DNA of 64,000 nucleotides from the human T2T-CHM13v2.0 reference genome, Homo sapiens, in the NCBI RefSeq assembly GCF_009914755.1, contig NC_060934.1. One strand, given 5' to 3'. Shown piece after piece: positions 40,450-53,155 of the stretch. The position numbers and the translations under genes are program-made. Numbering within the stretch: the first letter of the stretch is position 1; each line of letters opens with the position of its first letter. Under the pieces are notes generated by a model that was not told the DNA's origin, ran no database searches, and saw only the letters and a list, made by a program, of their open reading frames with translations.

Positions 40450-40900
40450 GGAGCCTGCACAGAGAACCCCCATAGTCTCAGTGGAGCCGCGACCACCCCA
40501 GATTCTGCTTCCGTGAGTTTTGTGCTAGAGACACCTGCGTGACAGTGGCTCTGACTGCTGTGTGGCTGAGGACGCCAGAGACCCAGCTGGCAAATTGCCT
40601 GCGCGGCTCTTTCCTCCCCGGGAGAGAGGGGAGGAAAGGTTCGCAGAGATGCCGCAGGCAACACCTGACTCAGGAGGAGGCAACCTGCTGTTGAAATCTC
40701 TGGCAAGCACGAGCTCAGGAACAGAAGTCCAGAGCAGCATTATTTCCGCTGTAATTGCCAATTTGTCCATGTCAGCACGGCAGCCACATCTAATTTACCG
40801 TGCATAAGCAGCCGTGCTCGTGGTGGGAGTCAAAAACATGGCAGAGCAGCAGCTTGTTACCTACCAATGAGCAGGACTCTCCCATGCCCACGAGGATGGA
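40450..40900. promoter_or_regulatory. Candidate enhancer or conserved non-coding element, CpG-rich
   Basis: Non-repetitive and GC-rich, 16 CpGs in ~340 bp; AP-1 TGACTCA at 40666-40672, E-boxes CACCTG x2 and CAGCTG, TAATT cores, TTGCCAA. Confidence 0.55.
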
Positions 40901-41367
40901 TTGGTCCTCCAGCAGAAGCTCTCTCTCCCTAGTCAGGGTAGCAGGAAGAGTAAATGAGATTGTCTTTCAATGCATTTTAGCTGTGGCAATTTTGTTATGT
41001 GTTGATTAGGCTACTTTTAGGGTGACAAGGAATAATCCCTATTTTTTTCTTGCATCCTCTCCTCCTTGCATATCAAAGAGGAAATAAGTTCATTAAAGAT
41101 GTTTTTCCTGTCTCTCCTCTCTTCTCCCCCTTTTTAAACCCACCCTAGCACCCTTTGTAGAGATATTCTATGGATCAGTAGTAGCTAGGAACCTCTGAAG
41201 ACTGCTCAAAGCAATCAAGAAAAAGAACCATGCCTCGTGAATTGTGTGCTAGTTATAAGTTGATAGGGAGAGGGAAGCCCAGACTGGGCAGATAGGAAGA
41301 ATTAGCCCAAGGCATTCATCTGTAGCTGCTCTTACCAAGTTTTCAGTGGCTCCACTAAGAGTTACAC

Positions 41368-41557
41368 TAGTGGTTCTCAGACTTGAGCATGCAACAGAAT
41401 CCCCTGGGGTGAGAGTTAAAATCCCAAATTGCTGCACCCCACCCTCACAGTTTCTGAATTAGTAGGTCTGGACTGGAGCACAGGAATGTACCCTTCTGTT
41501 AAGTTTCCAGCTGAAGCTGATGCTGCTGGCTGAGGAACCACACTCTGAGAACCAGTG
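41368..41557. mobile_element. MER5A
   Basis: tagtggttctcagacttgagcatgca...gtttctgaattagtaggtctg...tgatgctgctgg...accacactctgagaaccagtg. Confidence 0.85.
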
Positions 41558-42739
41558 AGCTAGGGTGACCCCAAGAGCAGCTGTGGACTTCAGGATGTGA
41601 AGAAGCAGTATCACTGTGGAACTCACCCCATCCTCATTTAGCGAGGTTGCTCCACACCCTCACCAGCACTTGTAACTATCAGCCCTATTGACATTAATCC
41701 TTCTGGGGGTGATATACAGGTATTTCATTGTGCTTCATTGCTCTTTCTAGGTAATTCATTGCTCTTTCTGGAAATTAACATTCTAGGAAAGAGAATAGCA
41801 GAATATTACTTATTGGGGGAAAACAATCTCCAAGTTGTGGTAGAAATGAAATTCCCAGGCTTAAAAAGCATGAGAGGGGGTCACTAGGTCCCATCTATTT
41901 AATACTCGGATAAGAGGATGCTGCTCAGGAAAGATGGGTTGCGGTGGCCACTAGAGGAATCAGGGGCATACTGCACTAAAAATTGACTATGATCTCCAGT
42001 AGGAATGTGATGAAAGGAGGAAGAAGCTGGAAAGGAAAGAGAAGAGAAACCAGGGGAAAAATAAGAGGAAGAAGAAATGGGTCGGAAGAAGCCTCCATTG
42101 ATCTAGGCTGTTAGACTCTAGGGGCTAAGTAACCAGGGCTCAGGCACTCAAACTTCTCTTAATAGAAACAAATTCTGCTTGCTTTTTGCTTTGCTTCTTA
42201 AGGCAAAGTAGAGGTCAGAAACTGTACCTTCCCAGATGTAACATGAAAAGCTTTTTAGGTGTTAACAATCTGGGTTTTCATTTCATTGGTGATGAAGTGC
42301 ACCCCAACTGAGTAACAGAGAAGGAGGAAGCTTCCCAAATGGCAGAAACCCAATCTGTGAGTGGACTTCAAGACAAGGGCTGCTGCTGCAGAGGTCCCAG
42401 TGGAGTGGGCAGAGAGAAGGGCCTCTGCCAGGGAACTGTTTGAGTGCATGGGGGTTTTGTCAGAGCCGAGCTTCTTGGATGACTACATAGTCCTCCAGTG
42501 CATGGGGCATCCCACCCAGAGCCAGTAGGTCCAGGAGTGGTGTGATACCTAACCCATGCCATAAATTACCACACTACATCATTTGGCTGTCCTCCAGAGA
42601 TATGTCTCCATGGTACTCCCCACAACTGTGAGATCAAAGAGAGGCAAAGGGCAAGTCTCTGTATGTGAACTTGGGGCTGAACAAAATACACTGCGGTAAC
42701 CTCAAGCTAGATCACTGTGGAGTGGGCACCTTTATTTTT

Positions 42740-42920
42740 ATACATGTGTTATTTCATTGAATTATCCAGACCACTCTGTGTGGTAGATATTATCTGTACA
42801 TCATTTTACAGATAAGAAAACTGAGACCAAGGGCATTTTGCCACATGACCAAAGTAACAATGCTAGTAAATGAAGATTTCAAGAGTAAATCAGGATTCAA
42901 GCCCAAGCACACTCAGCTCC
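42740..42920 (-). mobile_element. MIR
   Basis: cattttacagataagaaaactgagacc...caggattcaagcccaag. Confidence 0.7.
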
Positions 42921-43189
42921 AAAATGTATGTTGCCTGAGACCAAAGAGGTGAGAGCAAAAGGAACAGAGTCCTATTCTTGCCTTAGCTAAACATTTTGTC
43001 CCCTTGCTTTTATGCCTTGATATCTGACTGTAAAATGAATGACCAAATGAATTCATGAAAAGCAGGGTTGAGATGAGAATGCAGAGAAAAGAAAAATAAC
43101 ATTTTCTTCTGTTTGTCCTGTATAGGCCAGCTTCATTGTTTTGTTTGTCTTATTTTTGTATTTTAGTTTCATGAAACTATTAAGACATA

Positions 43190-43520
43190 TTCCAGGCATT
43201 TGAACATGTAGTTGTTCCTCTGCTGACAGTTCTTCTTTCCTATTTGCTCCCTGATTAGCCCATTTGTTGGACTAACTTGAACTCCTACAAAAGTCTCAGC
43301 TTATATATCACCTCTTCCAGGAAGTGCCCCTGAAGCCTCCTGCCTCCACCTACTCTTCCACCCACCCATCTGAGCTTCCTGCTTAGTCCCTCCATAGTAC
43401 CGTTCCGCACATAGACCAAAGCTCCATGATACAGGGCCCTGTCTTGTTCCCCATGGCATTCTTTGCCCAGAGCCTGGTGTGTAGTAGCTTCTCAAAAAAT
43501 ATTTGTTAAATGAATAAATA
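43190..43520 (+). mobile_element. L2 3' end
   Basis: tcacctcttccaggaag...agctccatga..cagggcc...ccagagcctgg...aatatttgttaaatgaataaat. Confidence 0.7.
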
Positions 43521-45669
43521 ACTTCCCTTGCATTTTGAGAAAATGTATATAGTTGCTGCTTAAAAATAACATATTTCTCATTCATTCCCCATCACTTTTG
43601 TGCTGTTTGTTCAAAGGAAGAAAAGTTGGATAGTATCTTTGAATTGCCAATGCTGAGCATTCGCTGATGCCCCATGCCTTTCCCTGAGCATCCATATGAA
43701 GCAGGGAGGCAGGAGACAGACAAGCAGGATGTCGCCTAAGCCCACATGGGCTGTCTCCCTTTCCCAACCTGATTCTCTCTAATGTTTGTTCCCGACCCTT
43801 TTCTACTAGATAAAAGAGGATAAGGGGCTCCTCTATGCACATCCCTTGCTGATGTGCAGCCAGGCAGTGGTGAGGAATTGAAAGCAGACTTTTTCACCTT
43901 CCTTTGTGGGTTATAAGCAGAATACCTGCTGGAACACTGGCCCCTGGAACACAGCAATTCCCCAAGCATCCAGGCTGATTGCTAAAGCCTCAGTTACTCT
44001 GACTCAGACTCAGAAGCAGCCTCATTCTCTTTTCTACTTGTACTGGAGATTGATAACTTTAATTTGATCTGAGTAATTCATGTGGTGGCCCAAGTGTCCT
44101 TATCAGAGCTGTCACTAGGTAGGAAGTTATAAAATCAAAGGCAGGCCTCAGAGAAAGGCTGGGATTGCTGGAATGGGGTTGTTTTCAACTCTGGCTGCTG
44201 CTAGTCCCAGAGCTCTGAACTTTCTTCTTGGCTTCACTCAAAAACAAAGACATGCAGTGATTCCCTCTGCCTCCAGCTAAACAGCCAGCAGCCTCACATT
44301 CGAGGCCCTCTGTGAGATGACCTGACCAGTTTTTTCAAGTTCAGTTGTCATTACTCCCTGGGCTGCGGAAGCCCACACATAGCATCCCTGCTCCCACACC
44401 TTTGTACACCCCTATTTTCTTTCCCTGCTCCCTCAGCCTGAGTCTGGAATGCCTCAGTCTCTCACCTTTTGAATCCTAGCCACCCACCAAATTCAGTTTG
44501 GGATTTATCTCTTCTGAGAATACTTGCCAGACAGCCTCAGCCTCAGGGAGTACACAATCTTCCCAACAAAAGCAGTGTCTGCAACACTCAGTTTATCTCT
44601 TAAACCCATATCCAATTAGCAACACAACACTCTACATTTTACATCTGGTTTCTCCAACTAGAATGCAACATTCCAGGGTCAAACATCTTTATGTGTCTTC
44701 TGGAACTTTGAACACAGTAGGTGTTCAATAACTGCTGATAAAGATTTTTCAATTAGGAGTTTTGCAAGTATCCTATTATAATCTAACCTTTATGTTTCTA
44801 GCAACTCCACAGACTAAAACCATAATTAGGTACAAACCTAATCTGAGCATGATGTGTGCTTGTGTGTGTGTGCTTATCTGACGTCAGTGGTGTCCTTGAA
44901 ATCTAAACACAAATGTTATGGCCAGTCTAGCAAAGGCATGTTAACACTCTTTTTCATACAAACCATCCTGGACTTTGGAAAGCCACCTCGTGTTGCTTTG
45001 ATTTTTCCTATATAAAACCCCTTTCCAAAGATTTCTCAGGAAATTGGTTTCTTGTCTGGTTCCCAGGAACACATACTTGTCAGGAAAGCTTTGATGTGAT
45101 CCAATGGAAGCTTTTATCTGCGACACTACACACTACTTGCTCCCATCTTCCTACTCAGAAATACCCATTGCTTGTCAAATCTCTCCCCTTGCAATATCTT
45201 ATGCTGCTACTATGGTTATAGTTGTCAATCACCCTGTTTCACATGTAGTTGGCTTTTATTAACTCAGGGAGAGAGGATGGTAGGCGTCCACTTAACATGT
45301 ATAAAGCTGAATGTGTGTCTACATCACAGCTGCAGTCTAGAAGCTGTTTAAGGCTATCAGTAATTGCTTTGTAATAAATGCTATTAGTGTTAGGTGGAAC
45401 GGCTTACATTTTTATCCAGTGGCTAATTTTCTCTCCATAGAGTCTCAGGAAAAGCTATCTTTATGGAGCCAGATGGAAAATGTAAATTATGCTTCTGTTT
45501 TCTCTCTTGCTCCCAAAGCTATGATTTATGTTTGTTCATTGTTTGTGTTAATATTTGCACATCTTTTCAAATAAACTTTGAAACATTTTACATAGGCACA
45601 TATGAGTCTATAATTTAAAAAAAAAATGAAATTAGGAAAAAGAGCAAAAAAGATGAAACCAGATAGCAA

Positions 45670-46241
45670 ATTGTATTTTGGACAGATAGATGCAGCAGTA
45701 TCTCCCATATTCTAGAAGCTCTTCGACAACATGACCTCGCACATACTCCTCCCATGAAGAAGTGAGGTCTTTGTCCCTGTTTCCTAGTTGAGTAAGCTTT
45801 TGGCAACCAAGAGACTGTGGCAGATGTTAAAAGACAATTCAGCTTGTGACTTGTCTAGTGAAATACCTGCACTTGGAGCCCTGAGTTGCTATGTAAGAAA
45901 ACTATCCTGAGGCAGCCATGCTGTAAGGAAGCCCAAGACACAGGGAGAAACCACATGTAAGTATTTCAGTCAGCAGTCCTGGTCTTATTCCCTCTCTAAG
46001 TACTGGTTATGCAAATGAAAGAATCTTCAGGTTATTTCAGCCGCCAGCAATAGAGTCACCTCTAGCCTTCCAGTATTCCCAGTTGAGGGCCCCAGATATC
46101 ATGAAGCAGATTCAAATCATTCCCACTGTGTGCTTTTTTTGGAATTCCAGACCCACAGAGTCTGGAAGCTTAATAAAATGGATGTTGTTTTGCTCAACTA
46201 AATTTACAGTAATTTGTTCTGCAGCAGTAATAACTGGAACA
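45670..46241 (+). mobile_element. MLT1G-like MaLR LTR
   Basis: ttggagccctgag...gccatgctgtaaggaagccca...gaattccagacccacagag...gcagcagtaataactggaaca. Confidence 0.75.
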
Positions 46242-47473
46242 TGTAGTAATGGTAATTCACAGACTTGCTTAACATCAAGATGTTCAGTGTTCACCTGTGA
46301 AGGAATTGGATTCCTTTGATGTTCTAAAAGGCTTCAGTGAAAACAACTATCCTGTAGCAGCAGAATCACAGAATCACTGTGATCACTGTGCTGTTTTAGA
46401 AGTGAAAAAGCAAGCTGTCTGACTCCAGATGTGTCACTAAAAAGACACTTGACTTGGAAAACAATAACACCTGCATAATGCTCTACTTTCCATTTCCCAA
46501 ACTTCCTTCTCCATTTATAATTTCATTTATTCTTCCCAAGAACCCTGGGAAGTAGAGCAAGTGTTCATCTCTCTGGACCTCAGCTTCCACACTGTAAAAC
46601 TCTTATGAGACTCAAATGAGACGGAGTAAGTCAACACACATTTGGACACCAAAAAGTAAGGTTTTGCCAGCTAAAAAGACAAGAATGTCAAAACAGGTAT
46701 AATATATTGATCTTTGCTAAATATGCATCATCAGTAGCTACATAAATGCACACATTCTAACGTAAACCTCATGTGCTTGTCACCTCTGAATAAATGAACT
46801 TGATTGAAAGCACCACAAATCAGGGAAACAGAAGCTTCCTTTTCCTTCCAAGTAATTCAAGGAGACTGCTAGATTCAGTCCATCCCTCCCCACTTGCCAT
46901 AAGATCCCTTCAAGCAGATCACAGATGGAGCTCCAGGTCTCTTACCAGAAGTCCCTTAGGCATCTTTGCCATGTTCACCTCGGCCATGTCACAGAACAGA
47001 AGTGCAGAGACCACGGTGCATGGCAGAGCTGGCTTGTGCAAGGAGTATTGTGAGGTGGGAGAGCAAACATGAATGAGTAGTAGAAAACACTGTCCAGTGA
47101 CAAACTTCACACTCACTTTCTATTCATCTCCCAGGTAGCCTCTTTTTGGAACAAAACTAAAGAACTGAGATGTTTCACGTCAACAAAGGGACTGATATCT
47201 AAGAATGAGAAGGTAGTCTTAAAAGAAGAATGCACACAGCCTGAGAGTGCATGCACCTGGGTTTGTAGCTCAGCTTGTGGGCAGGAAAGAAGACTGTGAC
47301 AGGGTTATCACCCCAGCTTCACCACTGACTCATTCTTGGATAAGTCTCTACTGAACCATGACCTGCTTGGGAGCAGATTTGTGTGTGGCCCCACTATATC
47401 CCTGCATTAGCACAGTGTCTGGCATATAGAAGATGCCCAAGAAACGTTGTTTAATTAATGAATGAGTTTCTTT

Positions 47474-47784
<311 letters not shown>

Positions 47785-47949
47785 ATGAATGAGTTTCTTT
47801 AATGAGGCAGCCAAGATTGTGGGTTCTGCAACCAAAAATAAACTAAATTTAAATTCAAATTCCATCATTTTCTATTCGTTACTCAACATCTATGTGTTTC
47901 AGTTTCCTTATCCATAAAATGAGGACAATACTACCTCCCTGTAACAGGT

Positions 47950-48455
47950 GTTGTTAATGTTCTCTCATTTCCACCCCCCTTCCCATAGGCACAGCTGAGT
48001 TTCCAGCTGAAGCTGACAGCTTCCCACCTCAAGTACATCTTCCTGTCTCTTGCTTCTCTTCTGGAGGACGTTCTCCAGCATCATAAGAGCCTGCTCAGCC
48101 AGAGGCAGAGGCAATCCCCAAGTGCCAGAGGGTTGTCCAATGTAGAAGCCCCAACCTCCCCAGGCTCTGGTCGAGCAATTCTTTTTTTTTAAGATGAAGT
48201 CTCACTGTGTTGCCCAGGCTGGTCTCAAACTCTTGGGCTCAAGTGAAAGCCTCTCAGGTAGCTGTGATTACAGGCACTGCGCCACAATGCCCAGCTGGTT
48301 GGGCGATTTCAATGTCTGTTGTCAGCAGGATTGAGGTTTATTAAGACACCCTTTATTGGCTTTTCTACATGTCTCACTTTCACTTACATAAACTCAACTG
48401 TGCTTCCCAAATGGATGGTCTGCACACAAGTTCTTGTCTGGGAGTCTTTTTTGGG
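47950..48455 (+). mobile_element. LTR16A-like LTR containing an antisense FLAM fragment (48181-48296)
   Basis: gacagcttcccacctcaag...tttattggctt...actgtgcttccc...gcacacaagttcttgtct; Alu monomer fragment inside. Confidence 0.55.
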
Positions 48456-48457
48456 AG

Positions 48458-48852
48458 TGTTATGGGCTGGACTGTGTCCTCCCAAAATTCATATATTGAA
48501 TCCTAACTCCCAACAGCTCTAAATGTGACTCTATTTGGAGATAGGACTTTTAAAGTGATTAAGTGAAAATGACATCCTTAGGGGTCCCTAATCCAATATG
48601 ACTGATATCCTCCTAAGAGGAAATATGGACACACAGAGAGACGCCAGGGGTGTGCACATACATAGGAATGGCCAAGTGAGGTCACAGCAGACGGTGGCTA
48701 CCAGCAAGCCAAGAGAAAGGATTCAGGAAAATCCAAACCTGTCAACACTTTCATCTTGGACTTGTAGCCTTCAGAACTTAAGAAAACGCACTGCTATTGT
48801 TTAACCCACCCAGTCTGTGCACTTTGTTGTGACAGCCCTGGCAAACTAATGA
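48458..48852 (+). mobile_element. MLT1B MaLR LTR
   Basis: tgttatgggctggactgtgtcc...atttggagataggac...ccctaatccaatatgactg...ccacccagtctgtg...cagccctggcaaactaat. Confidence 0.88.
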
Positions 48853-49178
48853 AGAGGAAAGGTAAAATAAGTCACCACCTCTTGAAGTTATTATGAGGAA
48901 TAAATAAGACATTGTGTCTAAAGTACCTGGCAGGTGCCTGGAGAAACTCAATACCTGTCCTTTAGGGCTATTGTTACTGTTAGTACTAATAGTAGCAACA
49001 ATAATAGCAGTGGTATCACCATTATTTGTACAATAATAATTGCTCTGCTACAATTCTTCAAATGGTAGTTGTGAAGAACAAAGAAGAAATTAGATGTGAA
49101 AAGATGTTAAATGTTTAACATCCACTCACTCATTCAACTAACTTATTAGCACCAACCATGTCCCAGGCAAGAACTACA

Positions 49179-49512
49179 CAGCGTTGCATTTTTCAGTACA
49201 ATAGACACTAGTCACATGTGGCTCTTGAGATTTAAATTTAAAGTATTAAAAATACAATAATATATAAAATCTAGTTCCTCAGTCATATTGACCACCTTTT
49301 ATGTAGTTCTTTAATGTTCAAGAGCTCCAATGTACATGGTAGCTACTAGGCTGAGGCAGGGGAATCGCTTGAACACGGGAGACAGAGGTTGCAGTGAGCC
49401 GAGATCGTTCCACTGCACTCAGCCTGGTGACAGAGTAAGACTTCATCTCAAAAAAAAAAAAAAAAGAAAAAAGAAAAAAAAAAAGAAAAAGAAAGTTCTA
49501 TTGAACAACTGT
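49179..49512 (+). mobile_element. MER33 (hAT MITE) interrupted by an Alu right-arm fragment (49349-49491)
   Basis: cactagtcacatgtggctc...aaaatctagttcctcagtcatatt...|Alu|gaaagttctattgaaca. Confidence 0.7.
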
Positions 49513-50111
49513 TGTAAGGAAGAAAAAAATAAATTTCTCCTCTCAATCACTCTTAACCAATTACAAATGCAATCTGATGATGATAATATTTCTGGAAAAT
49601 GTACTCAAAAGTCCATGGCCTGGGAGATTAGTCTTTGTTTCTGAAGGACAGAGGATAGTATAGTGATTTCAGACATCCGAGCTCTGAGAATAAGCAGTTG
49701 CTATTCAAATCACTGCCAATAACAGCAAGGATATTCTTTCATTCATATAACATGATCGAATGCCTACTCTGTGAAAGTCATAAAACTGGGTGCAGTGGGG
49801 CACACAAGAATGGAAAAGCAGCAGGTCCCGTCCTTAAGAAGCTTCCCGTTTAGCTGGAGAGATAATCGACATACACAGGTAACAACAGATATAGAGGACT
49901 GAAAGTAGCATTACATGAGAAGCAATCATCCTAACAGCAGCTAGCGTGGATTAAGCACTTAGCACGTGCTGGTGTGACGTTAAGAGCTTCACAGACATGC
50001 TCTTGTTGAAGCTTAATAATCAACCTAGTAGGTTATCAGCTGGAATCATTTTCATTTTACAGAGGAAAATACAACAAAATGCTGAAAATGATCATGCTAT
50101 TTTGTATTCTT

Positions 50112-50612
50112 TCATGAGATGGTCAGTCAGGTGCAGCCACAAGGAAAGAGGCTCAAGAAAACAAAGTATATTATACCCACGGGTCCTACAGACAGAAGGC
50201 CTCTGGCAGACCATGCAGGACCACATGGGAAAGCACCTGCATGGTCAGGAGGCAGAAGAAGGGAGCCAGGGGAAGGTGGAGGCCAGAGCCTTCAGTGGGG
50301 TTTCCCCAGGAAAGAAAACGAAAGGCAGGCAAAATAGTTTGGGATTGGCTACTTTGAATAATTTGGGACACTCTACAGAGTTGATTCCTAGCTGCCTGGG
50401 CCCTGGCCCTGGGATGTCTGAGGCAGATGAATGTTGCCTCCTAGGGTGCATGGGTCAGACAGGGGAGGCCTGGCTCTGGATTGATTAGTTTGCATATCAA
50501 AGGCATGCTTCTGGCTGAGCCCTTTGTTGCCTCTAAGAGTTGACTAGTCCTAGGAGGGGCAGTCTCTTCTCAGCCAGAAATGTTTGTTTTTAAGAAGTCA
50601 AAATATCACAAA
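50112..50612 (-). mobile_element. ERVL LTR (MER74/MER54-group-like)
   Basis: gtttgggattggctactttgaataattt...gattagtttgcatatcaaaggcatgct...ggaggggcagtctc. Confidence 0.5.
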
Positions 50613-50666
50613 ATGCCCAAATAAATATATACCTACATATACACTTACAGTATATACATGCATGTG

Positions 50667-50703
<37 letters not shown>

Positions 50704-50876
50704 GCACTGCACATGCTCAGGGTCACATTGTTTAAAAGAAGTAAACCCAGACAGCCACATCCAGGGCATGTGCTCTCATAGTTGGGTGGTATGGCTCAGT
50801 GTCGAATGTGAATGAGGCTGAAATAATAGAAAGACCCACTTGGAAAGATAAAAGTGAACGTGCCCCTCCTACACAC

Positions 50877-51385
50877 TTGTTTTAGTTTGGGTTCCCTCCC
50901 AAGCAGAGCAAAAGCCACCAAGAAAGGTAGAGTGTTCTATGTAGCAGATAATCTCAGGAAGCAGGAATGAGGGAGGAGGGAGAATGAAACAGGGAAGAAG
51001 GAAAAGCAAACATCAGGGTGTGTTACCGGGGTTGCTGCTGTGAGCAACAGGAAATCACTTCTACACATACAGGATGCCTGCCACAGTTGTCCACCTAAAA
51101 GACAAGAGACTTTATCCACCAGTGTGTATTCACCAGCTGCCAGCCTCACTGGCTGAGGGTTGCCCAGCGTGTTAATGTCACCCCATCTCTAGTCTGCAAT
51201 GCACAGCTGAGCAAATTCCTGTGACCTCCAAGAGGACCCTGGGGCAGAGGGCTGGAAGACTCACCTTGCAGCCTTGCATATCTGAGGTGGGTAGCTAGCA
51301 ACACGAGGTGAGTCCATGGAAGCTGCAGCTGATTCAGAGGTAAATGAAGGGATGTGGCACGTGCAGGCATCAGAGGCATCTGCTA
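50877..51385 (-). mobile_element. LTR16/LTR40-like ERVL LTR
   Basis: tgttttagtttgggttccc...aagcagag...caggaagcagg...gaaacagggaagaaggaaaagc. Confidence 0.45.
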
Positions 51386-52725
51386 TGTCACTCAGATTTC
51401 TCCCCTGTGGACTCTTTCCATTGAATTTTACCAAGGACAGATTTGTGACCTAGGCACTAGGGATGCCCTGTCCAAAACAAGACACCAGCTGTGTCCTCAT
51501 GGAGCTTACAGTCCAGTGGAAATTCATTTGGGACCAGTTTTCAAATAGGTATCTTCCCAGCGTCCACCAAAGGGGCTGACCTCTATCCTGGAGAACCACC
51601 CACTGTTGCACAAGCCACTGAGCTCCTTTTCTGGTCACACTACTTACTGCTTTCCTAGGAACTGGCTGTTTCCCAACAGTTACTAAGCATTTTCCTCCTA
51701 AACTTTAGTTGGCAGAATTTTATTACTTTAAATAACCTCATTCCAGCAACCAGAAAACCTCATGTGCTTCTCTGTCAGGCCCAGAGCATTACTCAGGAAG
51801 AAATGAACATGAGGGAGAGAAGGGAAAACACACAGAAGCAATATCGTTAGGATTTGTCTGTTCCAGAGCCAGGCTGCCCACATTGCCATTTCATCTTCAT
51901 GCATATTTACTCAAGGCCCTTCAGTTCTACTTTGAGTCCCAAAGTTTGACATTTTCTTAAGGAAAGAAAGATGAGAAAATCCACTTTATTAAAATCTAAG
52001 ATTTTCACTTAAAGTTTGGTAACTTCTTTATATCACTGAACTCCAGGGGTAGATTTCTCATGTAAAATAATAAAAGTTTTTTAAATGCCTCCACACAAAG
52101 CATAGCAATATTAAAGCACTAAATTAGAGTCCAACTTTTTCTGAGACTGAGCAACTTTAAAAATCTATTTGCAAAGGGGGCTGTGATTTGAAGCACTTTG
52201 CAGAAGGCAATTAGTGATCACCGAAATACAAGGAGGCATGATGTGGAGTGTCCTTCAATGATCTTATTATGAAAAAAGACATGTCCACACTGGGGAATTT
52301 CTGATCTTCATTATATTGATTTCCACCATTCCCACATCATTAGCCTGGTTAAATAAATAATTCAGAAATTTGTGCTATAGAGTCAAAGGTGTGGAGTAGC
52401 TCTATATCCAATCAGCTTGTCTGAGTCCATTGTTGAGACTCAACCTGAGATATTACCTTGCAGCATAGGCTATGAACATTCATCAAAACGGGAGGTGATG
52501 GAGAGAGTGAATGGATCCATGGAGCCAGTCTGAAATATTGCAAACACTTAGGATATCAGGTTGGGAGCATAGAAGCTTGTCACCTTCACAGGCGTGAAGA
52601 TAGAGTTGAGTTAGATCTATCTGGGTGTGATCCTTTGACAACTTGTCATTAAGTCTGAAAATCTCCAACCACAAGTCAAAGACAATCCTGTGCCACAAGA
52701 CAAAGCTGTTAGAAAACCTAGATAT

Positions 52726-53045
<320 letters not shown>

Positions 53046-53155
53046 ACACCCATATTCACATCTACAAGAGCTGCCTAATTCCTTTGTTAGTGGATATTGT
53101 TGACATCACCTTTTGATAGCTTTTGAAAGAACATTCCAGTCTTCTTTTCCATTAT

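Noticed and set aside
40771-40785. gtcagcacggcagcc resembling a REST/RE1 site
   Set aside because: Both half-sites are incomplete and the spacer is missing relative to TTCAGCACCnnGGACAG.
40359-40807. Overlapping 81-115 aa ORFs in the GC-rich element
   Set aside because: Expected from GC richness; some use non-ATG starts, and there is no recognisable domain or convincing splice-site pair.
41945-41961. tggccactagaggaatc as a CTCF site
   Set aside because: It matches the 5' half but lacks the GGC/GCGC 3' core.
49997-50488. 163-aa ORF
   Set aside because: It runs from a MIR fragment into an LTR and has no protein-family features.
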